DNA of 64,000 nucleotides from Mobula birostris. Taxonomy: Eukaryota. Every line of letters starts with the position of its first letter. The stretch's first letter is position 1. The notes beneath the pieces are model-generated. The model had not been told where the DNA came from and did no database searches. It worked only from the letters and a program-made list of their open reading frames with translations. A program made the position numbers and the translations under genes. Positions 1 through 13,518 of this stretch are shown here, piece after piece. The DNA lies in the NCBI RefSeq assembly GCF_030028105.1, contig NC_092374.1:7339334-7403333 (forward strand), given 5' to 3'.

Positions 1-2475
1 AGATGGGGTGGAGTTTGTTAGGTGTGTTCAGGAAGGTTTTCTGACACAATATGTAGATAAGCCTACAAAAGGAGAGGCTGTACTTGATCTGGTATTGGGA
101 AATGAACCTGGTCAGGAGTCAGATCTCTCAGTGGGAGAGCATTTTGGAGATAGTGATCACAATTCTATCTCTTTTACCATAGCATTGGAGAGTGGGTAGG
201 AACAGATAGGTTGGCAAAATATTTAATTGGAGTAAGAGGAAATAGGAAGCAATCAGGCCGAACTTGAAGGTATAAATTGGGAGCAGATGTTCTCAGGGAA
301 ATGTATGGCAGACATTTGGCAAATGTTTGGGGGATAGTTGCATGGCGTTCTACATAGGTACTCCAGTGAGACAGGGAAAGGATGCTAGCGTACAGGAACC
401 ATGGTGTACAAAGGCTGTAGAAAATCTTGTCAAGAAGAAAAGAAGAGCTTACAAGAGGTTCAAAAAACTAGGCAATGATAGAGATCCAGAAGATTATAAG
501 GCTATCAGGAAGGAGTTTAGGAATGAAATTAAGAGAGCCAGAAGGGGCCATGAGAAGGCCTTGGCGAGCAGGATTAAGGACAATCACAAGGCATTCTACA
601 AGTATGTGAAGAGTAAGAGGATAAGACATGAGAGAATAGGACCAATCAAGTGTGACAGTGGAAAAGTATGTACGGAACCGAAGGATATAGCAGAGATACT
701 TAATGAATACGTTGCTACAGAAAAGGACCTTGACAATTGTAGGGATGACTTATGGCGGACTGAAAAGCTTGAATATATAGACATTAAGAAATGGAATGTG
801 CTGGAGCTTTTGGAAAGCATCAAGTTGGATAAGTCACTGGGACCAGACGAGATATACCCCCAGCTCTGTGGGAGGCGAGAGAGGAGATTGCTGAGCCTCT
901 GGCAATGATCTTTGCATTATAAATGGGAGAGATTCCAGAGGACTGGAGGTTTGCAGATGTTGTTCCCTTATTCATGAAAGGGAGTAGAGATAGCAAAGGA
1001 AATTATAGACCAGTGAGTCTTACTTCAGTGGTTGGAAAGTTGATGGAGAAGATCCTGAGAGGCAGGACTTATGAACATTTGGAGAGGCATAATATGATTA
1101 GGAATAGTCAGCATGGCTTTGTCAAAGGCACGTCATGCCTTGCAAGTCTGATTGAATTTTCTGAGGATGTGACTAGACACATTGATGAAAGTAGAGCAGC
1201 AGACATAGTGTGTATGGATTTCAGCAAGGCATTTGATAAGGTACCCTATGCAAGGCTTATTGAGAAAGTAAGGAGGCATTGGATCCAAGGGGACATTGCT
1301 TTGTGGATCCAGAACTGGCTTGCCCACAGAAGGCAAAGAGTGGTTGTAGACGGGTCATATTCTGCATGGAGGTCAGTCACCAGTGGTGTGCCTCAGGGAT
1401 CTGTTCTGTGACCCTTACTCTTTGTGATTTTTATAAGTAACCTGGATGGAGAAGTGGAGGGATGGGTTAGTAAATTTGCTGATGACACAAAGGTTGGGGG
1501 TGTTGTGAATAGTGTGGAGGGCTGTTAGAGGTTACAACGGGACATTGATAGGATGCAAAAATGGGCTGAGAAGTGACATATGGAGTTCAACCTAGATAAT
1601 TGTGAGGTGGTTCATTTTGATAGGTCAAATATAATGGCAAGATATAGTATTTATGGTAAGACTCTTGGCAATGTGGAGGATCAGAGGGATCTTGGGGTCC
1701 GAGTCCAGAGGACACTCAAAGCTGCTGCACAGGAGAACTGTGTGGTTAAGAAGACATACAGTGTATTGGCTTATTAAATATGGGATTACTTTGTAGTTAG
1801 TAACAAAGGGTATTTATAATCTGCACGATCCTCTTACGACTAACATCCTGATTATATGTTATATTCCAGAATGATCCCCATGAAGATTGAGTTCAAGAGC
1901 CGAGAGGTAACGTTACTACTATATAGGACTCAGGTCAGACCCCACTTAGAGTACTGTGCTCATTTCTGGTCACCTCACTGCAGAAAGGATGTGGATATTA
2001 TACAAAGGGTGCAGAGGAGATTTACGAGGATGTTGCCTGGATTGGGGAGCATGCCTTATGAGAAAAGGTTGAGTAAACTTGGCCTTTTCTCCTTGGAGCG
2101 ACGCAAGATAGAGGTGTAGAAGATGATGAGAGGCATTGATCGTGTGGATAGTCAGAAGCTTTTTCCCAGGGCTGAAATGGCTAACATGGGAGGGCACAGT
2201 TTTTAAGGAGCATGGAAGTAGGAACCGAGGAGATGTTGGGGATAAGTTTTTTTATGCAGAGTGGTGAGTGCATGGAATGGGCTGCCAGCGTCGGTGGTGG
2301 TGTCGGAAACAATAGGGTCTTTTAAGAGACTCCTGGATGGGTACATGGAGCTTAGAAAAATAGAGGGCTATGGATAACCCGAGGTAATTTCTAAGGCAAG
2401 GACATGTTCAGCACAGCTTTGTGGGCTGGAGGGTCTGTATTGTGCTGTAAGTTTTTCTGTTTTTTTCTATGTTTC
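1..2475 (+). mobile_element. CR1 LINE copy 1 (endonuclease C-terminus, RT, 3' tail), decayed; runs off the left edge
   Basis: ORF pieces 8-199, 327-908, 923-1411 ([43 protein letters not shown]) and 1856-2119 (RPHLEYCAHFWSP) with stops and frameshifts; ends in a ttctatgtttct-type tail. Confidence 0.95.
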
Positions 2476-2489
2476 TGTATACCTACGTG

Positions 2490-3247
2490 TATAATTTTAC
2501 ATTAAATAGGTAGTGAAAAAAGAGAGAAAAAAGGAGACAAAGTTGATGGTCCTCACTTTCTGACTGTCCATTCAGAAACCTGACGGCAGAAAGGAAGAAG
2601 CTCTTCCTGAAACATTGAGTGTGTGTCTTCTCTGGGAAGCTTCCTGATCCTCCGTTAGAATCCACTCATTCCTCCCAGGCTCAGGCAAGGCCCCGACAGG
2701 GGGCCCGTTGAAGGTCTGGGGGCCACCCTGTGTGAAGGACCATCTGAGATGGAGATGTGGTGGGGAAACGGAACTCATCACCAGCCGAGACTGGGAGTGG
2801 CCAACATAACACTCAGTCCCGGCATCTGGACACATAAGACAATGGGTGCTGGAGATCCCGACCCATCCCTGAACACTGCAGAAGATGCCGAGATGGTGTG
2901 GGAGAGAGCAACGGCCTCTGTGGAAGTGCTGGAGTCCGTAGTGGGTGGGGGACAGGCCCCTCCCATTGGTGCTGCCTTCCTCTGTTGCTTAGTGCCACCC
3001 TCCAGTGTTCACTTAGTGAGAGACAAGCTGGACCAGGACAATATCCAATCTACCATCAAGCTACAAGCCAGAACACTCAGGAACTTGGGCTATATTATGT
3101 GTTTTTGTGACTGTATGCTTTTCTGCTATCGTAACGATGTGTACTGTGTGCTGTTGCCACTCTGCTTTACACCTTGTCCCTGGAGAAACAGTGTTTGGTT
3201 GTGCTGTATGCATGTGTGGCTGATTGACAATTAAACTTGAATTTGAA
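2490..3247. repeat. Non-LTR retrotransposon fragments (Rex/L2-type 3' pieces)
   Basis: Minus-strand KTHTQCFRKSFFLSAVRFLN resembles other Rex-type 3' ends in this window (31718-32047, 60125-60816); plus-strand part ends in a cttgaatttgaat tail. Family assignment tentative. Confidence 0.5.
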
Positions 3248-3424
3248 TGTGGCGATGGGTTCTTTTCCGGATCTGAACTACAGTCAGATCTCACTCGGGC
3301 ACAGACGATAAACCCGGGGTGGGGGTTGATTAGAGAAAGGATAATGGTAGCAGGCGTCCCTTCTCTCCCCCCCCACTCCCAAAACTCCCCCCATACCCTG
3401 CAGAATGTGTCAATGGTTTCTTAC

Positions 3425-3814
3425 CTGATCTGACCTGCAGCTGGATCTTACTCTGGAACACATGGATAAATGGGGGTTTGACGTGGTCTCTGTTGGATGA
3501 AACTTCATGGCTCTTTTTCCTGAACGCAGCCAGACACAGGTAGCTGTGACTGTCCTCCACACTCAGCTGCTTTATCCTGATGAAGGCGTTTCGCCGCTCT
3601 GGGTCCCGGACGAGCTCGTACCGAGTCACTCCGTTTTCCGCTGCCCACGATCTATTTTCATAACGCCTGAATGTGACGATGTGTCGGTAGGGATCCTTCC
3701 TCATCCACGTCACCGTGTGTGCGGTGAGGTTCTGCGGAGGCCATGTGAACTCACAGGGTAACGTGGCCGAAGCTCCCTCGGTTCCAGTCATCACAGAGAC
3801 ACTCTCGCCGGGAG
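3425..3814 (-). CDS. Ig V-set exon, divergent Siglec/PILR-like; second V domain in transcript order
   Basis: Acceptor ctgtccttccctcAG|CT, donor TCAG|GTAAGA; 390 nt, phase 1-1, open. Encodes B-strand Cys (ATLPCEFTW), C-strand Trp (VTWMR), RYELVRDPERRNAFIRIKQL, F-strand DSHSYLC and G-strand IQLQVR. Confidence 0.85.
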
Positions 3815-4194
3815 CTGAGGGAAGGACAGGTGCCAGAATAAATCAGTTAATCACCACCAAACATGTTTAAACACTGACAAAATTTCCAGCCTACAAAATA
3901 ATAAAAACTCCCCACAGCACCCTTCCAAATGAAAACACCCCCACATGTGTCTGACTAATTGCAAACTATTCCAACAAGAGAAACTCTTTCGAACATAAAA
4001 CAGTCCCATCGGGCAGGAGGTAGAGAAGCCTAAATCTCACACCACCACGTTCAGGAACAGCTAATCTCCTTCAACCATTCAGGTGTTGAACCAATTGACA
4101 CGAACACTGATCAGTACAGTATAACACCAATCAGTACAGTGTAACAACATTAGTCAGTACAGTGTAACAACACTAATTGGTACGGGGTAGTTTT

Positions 4195-7100
4195 TTTCTT
4201 TTTCAGCGGTTTGATCGAGGTATGACTACACAGGCACGTGGACATCAGCGAGTTAGACTGGCAGGCAGAGTTCAAAAAGAAGACAGCTTTATAGAGTCGG
4301 TACCAGAGTGGAGGGAGTCAGAGTAGGAAGGCTTTGGCGATAACACGTTGAGGCGAGGTAAGTTACTTGTGTAGAATAGAAACAGGAAATATGTTGGTGA
4401 GCCCGGTGTTCTGTACTGGGTGTGAGATGTGAGAAGTCCGGGAGACTCTCAGCCACCCGGACGGCCACATCTGCTCCAGGTGCGTCGAGCTTCAGCTCCT
4501 TAGGGACCAGGTAAGGGCAGTGGCGTATCTAAGGTATGGCAGGTATGGCACGTACCCTGGGCACCACTAAGCAGTTTCTATTAAAGTCAGACAGGCCATT
4601 CTCGGACAGTGAAGAACAGAGTTTTCTTCAGATGTACGATCTGTCTTTCATTATCATGGGTGAGAAGCACTAGGATGGTCTTATTTCAGAGCATTGTGTA
4701 AGAAGACCACGAGGAAGAAGGAAGGTGGAGTTGAAAGACGTCAGAGATGAAAGAAACAAATGGCTGGTGAGAACTCCAGAGGCGCTGGGTTAACGACTAA
4801 GGAGGAAATGGAAAGAGTTATGAAGGGAACACTCGACCGTCTTCACAGAGAAATGGACGAAAGGTTCGCTTGTTTGCACGACACTGACGCCAGCTTTGAG
4901 TCCTTCTTGATGTCGAGGGACTGTGTTACGGTGCCGACAGTAACGACTTAACGAAGAGGTGCGAAAATTTGGGCGAATTGTACAGCTCTGATGTTGATGG
5001 ACAGCAGCTATATGAAGAAATTTTGGATTGCAGAATGTTGCTATCAAGGCGGGTCAACATGAAAATATCAAGACCTGAAGAGCTTCTTGAATTTATTGTT
5101 CAGTATGGAGCTGAAGGCTTCTTCCCCAATCTTCGCATTGCTATTCAGATAATGCTAACCATTGCAGTTTCCATCGCCAGCTGTGAGAGATCATTCAGTA
5201 AGTTAAAATAAATACTTTCATATTTGAGAACCTCCATGGGTCAAGGCAGACTCTGTGATCTTGCTCTGATGAAAAAACTGACTTTGATCACATCATAGAC
5301 CAACTTGCATCAGTGAAAGCAAGGAAGGTGCTGTTATAATTTTCATGTAGTGCCATAATTTGTTAGTTAAAAGATTAACGAGCTTGACTCGTATTTTTGA
5401 GCTGATATTCTGGTAAATTTATCTAAAAGATGGGTGTCAGATGTTTGGACAGGGGCACAATTTCAGTGCTTGCCATAGGCGCTATTTTCCGTAGATACGC
5501 CCCTGGGTTAGGGAACTGCAGATGCAGCTCGATGACCTTCGTCTGGTCAGGGAGAGTGAGGAGGTGATAGAGAGGAGTTATAGGCAGGTAGTCACACTGT
5601 GGCATCGGGTACAGATATGTGGGTAACAGTCAGGAGAGGGAAGGGCAAGGGTCAGATATTAGAAAGTACCCCTGCGGCTGTCCACCTTAACTCTAAGTAC
5701 TCTTGCTTGAGTACTGTTGGGGGAGGGGAGGACCTACCTGGGGGAAGCAACAGTGGCCACGCCTCTGGCACAGAGTCTGGCCCTGTGGCTCAGAAGAGTA
5801 GGGAAAGGAAGAGAATGGCAGCAGTGATAGAGGACTCTCTACCTAGAAGGTCAGACATAGGTAGGAAAAGGGAAGAAGTCCTGAAAACAGACTACAGGGA
5901 GTTGAGAAGCAGGACCACAAAGGTGGTAATCTCAGGATCACAGCCTGTGCCACGTGACTGAGTATAGGAATAGAATGAGGTGGAGGATAAATGTGTAGCT
6001 GAGGGATTGGAGCAGGGGGCAGGGATTCAGATTTCTGGATCATTGGGACCTCTTTTGGGGCAGGAGTGATCTTATACAATCAGGATGCGTTGCACTTGAA
6101 TCCCAGGGGGACCAATATCCTGGCGGGGAGGTTTGCTAAGGCTGCAGGTGAGAGTTTAAACCAGAATTGCTGGGGGGGAGGCATGGTGGGAACCAAACAG
6201 AAGAGACGGAGGAAGGGGCAGTTGACTCACAAATAGAGAAAGCTTGGAGACAGTGCGAGAGAGGGAGGATAGGCAGGTGATAGAGAAGGGATAAGCTCAG
6301 TCTGATGCTTCTGTCTATTTAATGCGAAGAGTATCATGAACAAAGCAGATGAGCTTAGACCGTGGATCAGTACTTGGAGATATGATATTGTGGCCATTAC
6401 AGAGACTTGGATGGCTCAGGGACAGGAATGGCTACTTAAAGTGCCAGGCTTTAGGTGTTTCAGGAAGGACAGGGAGGGAGGCAAAAGAGGTGGGGGTGTT
6501 GATCAGAGATAGTGTCACTGTCATAGAAAAGGAAGAAGACATGGAGGGATTGTCTAAGGTGTCTCTGTGGGTGGAGGTTAGGAACAGGAAGGGGTCAATA
6601 ACTCTACTGGGTGTTTTTTATAGACCACCCAATAGTAACAGGGACATCAGGGAGCAGATAGGGAGACATATTCTGGAAAGGTGTAGTAATAACAAGGGTG
6701 TCGTAGTGGGAGATTTTAATTTCCCAAATATTGATTGGCATCTCCCTAGAGCAAGGGGATTAGATGTGGTGGAGTTTGTTAGGTGTGTTCAGGAAGGATT
6801 TCTGACACAATATGTAGATAAGCCTACAAGACGAGAGGCTGTACTTGATCTGGCATTGAGAAGTGAACCTGGTCAGGTGTCAGATCTCTCAGTGGGAGAG
6901 CATTTTGGAGATAGTGATCACAATTCTATCTCCTTTTCCATAGTGCTGGAGAGGATTAGGAACAGACATGTTAGGAAAGTGTTTAATTGGAGTAAGGGGA
7001 AATATGAAGCTACCAGGCAGGAACTTGGAAGTATAAATTTGGAGCAGATGTTCTCAGGGAAATGTACAGAAAAAATGTGGTAAATGTTCAGGGGATATTT

Positions 7101-7276
7101 GTGTGGCGTTCTGCATAGGTACGTTCCAATGAGACAGGGAAAGGATGGGAGGGTACAGGAACCATGGTGTACAAAGGCTGTTGTAAATCTAGTCAAGAAG
7201 AAAAGAAGAGCTTACAAGAGGTTCAAAAAACTAGGTAATGATAGAAATTCAGAAGATTATAAGGCTAGCAGGAAGG
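4195..7276 (+). mobile_element. CR1 LINE copy 2, 5' part (5'UTR, ORF1 zinc finger and esterase, ORF2 endonuclease); interrupted by a hAT element
   Basis: CxxC..CxxC ORF1 start near 4400-4500, esterase-like segment 5820-6160, endonuclease ORF 6349-7083 ([23 protein letters not shown]). Continues at 12117 after the LTR-like insertion. 5' boundary approximate. Confidence 0.9.
4518..5505 (+). mobile_element. hAT-superfamily DNA transposon, internally deleted (988 bp)
   Basis: 14-bp TIRs cagtggcgtatcta / tagatacgcccctg (1 mismatch); 8-bp TSD ggtaaggg (4510-4517) / ggttaggg (5506-5513); hAT C-terminal dimerisation remnant FPNLRIAIQIMLTIAVSIASCERSFSKLK. Confidence 0.92.
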
Positions 7277-7481
7277 TGTCACGGTCCTGATTGGTTATTC
7301 CCTGGGTCCCTTTAAATTTACTTTGTGTCACAATCAGGACCGTTGACTCCTTGTTTTCCTTAATTCATTGTTTCCTTGTGTTTCTTGGGCTCTGTAATTA
7401 AAGGCACTTGAGTCTCAGCTGAACGAGCAGTATTTAGTATTGGGCTTACAGCTGCTCGCGCTAGATCATCATCGGACATCA

Positions 7482-10400
7482 TAGAACATATAGAACATAG
7501 AATAGTACAGCACAGTACAGGGCCTTCGGCCCACAATGTTGTGCCGACCCTCAAACCCTGCCTCCCATATAAGCCCCCACCTTAGATTCCTCCATATACC
7601 TGTCTAGTAGTCTCTTAAACTTCACTAGTGTATCTGCCTCCACCACTGACTCAGGCAGTGCATTCCACACACAACCACTCTCTGAGTAAAAAACCTTCCT
7701 CTAATATCCCCCTTGAACTTCCCACCCCTTACCTTAAAGCCATGTCCTCTTGTATTGAGCAGTGGTGCTCTGGGGAAGAGGCGCTGGCTATCCACTCTAT
7801 CTATTCCTCTTATTATCTTGTACACCTCTATCATGTCTCCTCTCATCCTCCTTCTCTCCAAAGAGTAAAGCCCTAGCTCCCTTAATCTCTGATCATAATG
7901 CATACTTTCTAAACCAGGCAGCATCCTGGTAAATCTCCTCTGTACCCTTTCCAATGCTTCCACACCCTTCCTATAGTGAGGTGACCAGAAATGGACACTG
8001 TACTCCAAGTGTGGCCTAACCAGAGTTTTACAGAGCTGCATCATTACATCACAACTCTTAAACTCTATCCCTCGACTTATGAAAGCTAACACCCCATAAT
8101 CTTTCTTAACTACCCTATCCACCTGTGAGGCAACTTTTAGGGATCTGTGGACATGTTCCCCCAGATCCCTCTGCTCCTCCACACTACAAAGTATCCTACC
8201 ATTTACTTTGTACTCTGCCTTGGAGTTTGTCCTTCCAAAGTGTACCACCTCACACTTCTCCGGGTTGAACTCCATCTGCCACTTCTCAGCCCACTTCTGC
8301 ATCCTATCAATGTCTCTCTGCAATCTTTGACAATCCTCGACACTATCTACAACACCACCAACCTTTGTGTCATCTGCAAACTTGCCAACCCACCCTTCTA
8401 CCCCCACATCTAGGTCGTTAATAAAAATCATGAAAAGTAGAGGTCCCAGAACAGATCCTTGTGGGACACCACTAGTCACAATCCTCCAATCTGAATGTAC
8501 TCCCTCCACCACCACCCTCTGCCTTCTGCAGGCAAGCCAATTCGGAATCCACCTGGCCAAACTTCCCTGGATCCCATTCCTTCTAAATTTCTGAAGAAGC
8601 CTACCGTGTGCAACCTTGTCAAATGCCTTACTAAAATCCATATAGATCACATCCACTGCACTACCCTCATCTATATGCCTGGTCACCTCCTCAAAGAACT
8701 CTATCAGGCTTGTTAGACACGATCTGCCCTTCACAAAGCCATGCTGACTGTCTCTGATCAGACCATGATTCTCTAAATACCTATAGATCCTATCTCTAAG
8801 AATCTTTTCCAACAGTTTTCCCACCACAGACGTAAGGCTCACTGGTCTATAATTATCCGGACTATCCCTACTACCTTTTTTGAACAAGGGAACAACACTC
8901 ACCTCCCTCCAATCCTCCGGTACCATTCCCGTGGACAACGAGGACATAAAGATCCCAGCCAGAGGCTGAGCAATCTCTTCTCTCGCCTCGTGGAGCAGCC
9001 TGGGGAATATTCCGCCAGGCCCTGGGGACTTATCTGTCCTAATGTATTTTAACAACTCTCAACACCTCCTCTCCCTTAATATCAACATGCTCCAGAACAT
9101 CAACCTCACTCATATTGTCCTCACCATCATCAAGTTCCCTCTCATTGGTGAATACCGAAGAGAAGTATTCATTGAGGACCTCACTCCCTTCCACAGCCTC
9201 CAGGCACATCTTCCCACCTTTATCTCTAATCGGTCCTACCTTCACTCCTGTCATCCTTTTTTTCTTCACATAATTGAAGAATGCCTTGGGGTTTTCCTTT
9301 ACCCTACTCGCCAAGGCCTTCTCATGCCCCCTTCTTGCTCTTCTCAGCCCCTTAAGCTCCTTTCTTGCTTCCCTATATTCCTCAATAGACCCATCTGATC
9401 CTTGCTTCCTAAACCTCATGTATGCTGCCTTCTTCCTCCTGACTAGATTTTCCACCTCACTTGTCACCCATGGTTCCTTCACCCTACCATTCTTTATCTT
9501 CCTCACCGGACAAATTTATCCCTTACATCCCGCAAGAGATCTCTAAACATTGACCACATGTCCATAGTACATTTCCCTGCAAAAACATCATCCCAATTCA
9601 CACCCGCAAGTTCTAGCCTTATAGCCTCATAATTTGCCTTTCCCCAATTATAAATTTTCGTGTCCTCTTTGATTCTATCCTTTTCCATGATAATTATAAA
9701 GGCCAGGGGGCAGTGGTCACTGTCCCCCAGATGCTCACCCACTGAGAGATCTGTGACCTGACCCGGTTCATTACTTAGTACTAGATCTAGTATGGCATTC
9801 CCCCTGGTCGGCCTGTCCACATACTGTGACAGGAATCCATACTGGACACACTTAACAAATTCTGCCCCATCTAAACCCTTGGAACTAATCAGGTGCCAAT
9901 CAATATTAGGGAAGTTAAAGTCACGCATGATAACAACCCTGTTATTTTTGCACCTTTCCAAAATCTGCCTCCCAATCTGCTCCTCTGTATCTCTGCTGCT
10001 ACCAGAGGTCCTATAGAATAACACCAGTAGAGTAACTGCTCCCTTCCTGTTCCTGACTTCCACCCATATTGACTCAAAAGAGGATCCTGCTACATTACCC
10101 ACCCTTTCTGTAGCTGTAATAGTATCCCTGACCAGTAATGTCACCCCTCCTCCCCTTTTTCTGCCCTCTCTATCCCTTTTAAAGCACTGAAATCCAGGAA
10201 TATTGAGAATCCATTCCTGCCCTGGTGCCAGCCAAGTCTCTGTAATGGCCACTACATCATAATTCCATGTATGTATCCAAGCTCGCAGTTCATCACCTTT
10301 GTTCCTGATGCTTCTTGCATTGAGGTACACACATTTCAGCCCTTCTACCTTACTGTCTTTACACCATTTGTTCTGCTTCTCTTTCCTCAAAGCCTCTCTG

Positions 10401-11782
10401 TATGTTAGATCTGGCTTTACTCCATGCACTTCTTTCACTGTTCTATCGCCCTGGGTCCCATCCCCCTCGCAACTTAGTTTAAACCCTCCCGAACCATGCT
10501 GGCAAACCTACCTGCAAGGATATTGCTCCCCCTCGAGTTCAGGTGCAACTCATCCAATCTGTACAGGTCCCACCTTCCCCAGAAGAGATCCCAATGATCT
10601 AAAAATCTAAAACCCTGCTCCCTGCACCAACTCCTCAGCCACGCATTCAAATGCCATCTCCTCCAATTCTTACCATCACTGTCACGTAGCACTGGCAGCA
10701 ATCCTGAGAGCGTCACCCTTGAGGTCCTGTTCTTCAGCCTTCTGCCTAATTCCCGAAACTCACACTTCAGGACCTCATCCCTCTTCCTGCCTATGTCGTT
10801 GGTGCCAACATGTATCACGACTTCTGGTTGCTTTCCCTCTCGTACCAGGATGTCGTGCACCCGGTCAGAGACATCCCGGACCCTGGCACCCGGGAGGCAA
10901 CAAAGCATGTGGGTGTCCTTCTCACGTCCACAAAATCTCCTGTCTGCTCCCCTGACTATAGAATCTCCAATGACGACAGCTCTCCTCTTGTCCGTCCACC
11001 CTTCTGCACCACCGGGTCAGACTCAGTGCTGGAGGCCCTGCCACTGTGGCTCACACCTGGTCGGTCGTCCCTGCCGACAGTATCCAGGACGGTATACTTC
11101 TTATTCAGGAGAATGGCTATAGGGGTGCTCTGCACTACCTGTCTGCTCACCTTCGCTTTCCCCCCTCTGACTGTCACCGTGACCTGCTTCCGACAGCCTA
11201 GGTGTGACTACCTCCCTGTAGCTCTCATCTATGACTGCCTCATTCTCCCTTATGAGTCGAAGGTCACCCAGCTGCTGCTCCAGATTCCTTACACGGTCTT
11301 CCAGATCACTCAGCCGTATGCACTTCTGGCAGATGTGACTCTGCGGGAGAGGGGAGTTCCCCCAAGACTGCCACATCTCACATGAGAGGCATATCACCGT
11401 CTCAGGAGACATTGTAAAAACTAACTGCGAGCTAGCTTGTCCTCAGCCTCTTCTCGTCGAAGCCTCTCGAATCAAAGCCTCAAGGCTCCACTCCTTCATT
11501 GGCCCACTCACTCACTGACCACTCCGCTTGAGCTATCCTGCTATTTAACTGTTTGAGCTTTTCAAAATGTTTGGTCACCTGACCTCGACTGCCCAATCAG
11601 TTGCTTTCTGCTGAGTCTGAGCTATTCAAATCTTAATTGTCTAATCAACAGCTTTTTGCTGATCTATTCAAATCTTGATTGACTTGATTGCACAGACCAA
11701 CTGCCAAAACTGCCAGAATCTCTCGAGTCAAAGCCTCAAAGCTCCACTCCTTCAATGGCCCACTCACGCACTGGCTGCTTTT
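7482..11782 (-). mobile_element. Near full-length CR1 LINE (ORF1 zinc finger and esterase, ORF2 EN and RT), frameshifted
   Basis: ORFs 11101-11412 (CLSCEMW..CQKC), 10474-10908 (HVGTNDIG), 9503-10438 (EN), 9039-9506 and 7625-9055 (RT with FADD); tail revcomp atagaacatatagaacatagaa at 7481; putative TSD catca (7477-7481 / 11783-11787). Confidence 0.95.
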
Positions 11783-11789
11783 CATCACC

Positions 11790-11945
11790 GAAGCAAGGTC
11801 TCTGATGTGCCGAGTCCGGGCTCTGATGTTCTGAGTTCGGGCTCTGATGTTCCAAGTCCGGGCTCTGATGTTCCAAGTCCGGGCTTTGATGTTCTGAGTC
11901 TGGGCTCTGATGTTTCGGGTCCGGTCTCTGATGTTCTGAGTCCCG
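11790..11945. repeat. 21-bp tandem repeat inside the LTR-like element
   Basis: About 7 units of ctctgatgttctgagtccggg-like sequence. Confidence 0.85.
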
Positions 11946-12116
11946 AGACTTACCCACGCTTATTCCTGCTTCTGCTATGCCCACTCCTTGATCTGCCTCT
12001 GAACAATCCTTGCTTTCCTGCTTTCCTAGTAACGATTAATAAACTCTATTCGTGTTAATGCTACCAAACGTGTTTGTGTCCTGCTTTTGGGTCCATCCGT
12101 ACCCGCACTTGTGACA

Positions 12117-13518
12117 GAAGGAGTTGAGGAATGAAATTAGGAGAGCCAGAAGGGGCCATGAGAAGATGTTGGTGAGCAGGATTAAGGAAAACCGCAAGGC
12201 ATTCTACAAGTATGTGAAGAGCAAGAGGATAAGACGTGAGAGAATAGGACCAATCAAGTGTGACAGTGGAAAAGTGTGTACGAAATCGAAGGATATAGCA
12301 GAGATACTTAATGAATACGTTGCTATGGAAAAGGACCTTGGCATTTGTAGGGATGACTTACAGCGGACTGAAAAGCTTGAGCATACAGACATTAAGAAAG
12401 GGGATGTGCTGGAGCTTTTGGAAAGCATCAAGTTGGATAGGGCACCGGGACCAGGCTCTGTGAGAGGCCAGAGAGGAGATTGCTGAGCCTCTGGCAATGA
12501 TTTTTGCATCACAAATGAGAGAGATTCCAGAGGACTGGAGGGTTGCGGATGTTGTTCCCTTATTCACGAAAGGGAGTAGAGATAGCAAAGGAAATTATAG
12601 ACCAGTGAGTCTTACTTCAGTGGTTGGTAAGTTGATGGAGAAGATCCTGAGAGGCAGGATTTATGAACATTTGGAGAGGCATAATATGATTAGGAATAGT
12701 CAGCATGGCTTTGTCAAAGGCAGGTCATGCCTTACAAGCCTAATTGAATTTTTTGAGGATGTGACTAAACACATTGATGAAGGAACAGTAGTACATGTAG
12801 TGTATATGGATTTCAGCAAGGCATTTGACAAGGTACCCCATGCAAGGCTTATTGAGAAAGTCAGGAGGCATGGGATCCAAGAGGACATTACTTTGTGGAT
12901 CCAGAACTGGCTTGCCCACAGAAGGCAAAGAGTGGTTGTAGACGGGTCATATTCTGCATGGAGGTTGGTGACCAGTGGTGTGCCTCAGGGATCTGTTCTG
13001 GGACCCCTGCTCTTCGTGATTTTTATGAATGACTTGTATGAGGAGGTGGAGGGATGGGTTAGTAAATTTGCTGATGACACAAAGGTTGGGGGTGTTGTGG
13101 ATAGTGTGGAGGGCTGTCAGAGGTTACAGCAGGAAATTGATAGGATGCAAAAATGGGCTGAGAAGTGGCAGATGGAGTTCAACCCAGATAAGTGTGAGGT
13201 GGTTCATTTTGGTAGGTCAAATATAATGGCAGCATATAGTATTAATGGTAAGGCTGTTGGCAATGTGGAGGATCAGAGGGATCTAGGGGTCCAAGTCCAT
13301 AGGACACTCAAAGCTGCTGCGCAGGATGACTGTCCGGTTAAGAAGGCATACAGTGTATTGGCTTCTTAAATATGGGATTCCTTTGTAGTTAGTATCAAAG
13401 GGTACTTATAATCTGCACAATCCTCTTAGGACCAACATCCTGATTATATGTTATATTACAGAATGATCCCCATGAAGATTGAGTTCAAGAGCCGAGAGGT
13501 AATGTTACTACTATATAG
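12117..13518 (+). mobile_element. CR1 copy 2, middle part (RT)
   Basis: ORFs 12124-12486 and 12497-13369 with RT motifs including SKFADDTK; colinear with copy 1 (510-1926). Confidence 0.95.

Larger units (their letters stand above)
7277..12116 (+). mobile_element. Solo-LTR-like element (~540 bp net), split by a nested full-length CR1
   Basis: Termini TGTCAC...GTGACA; 5-bp TSD gaagg (7272-7276 / 12117-12121); removal restores the CR1 sequence seen uninterrupted at 501-530; AATAAA near 12038. Confidence 0.88.

Noticed and set aside
2749-3234. 161-aa plus-strand ORF with a Cys-rich hydrophobic end
   Set aside because: Lies in a retroposon 3' fragment ending in a simple-repeat tail; no recognisable domain.
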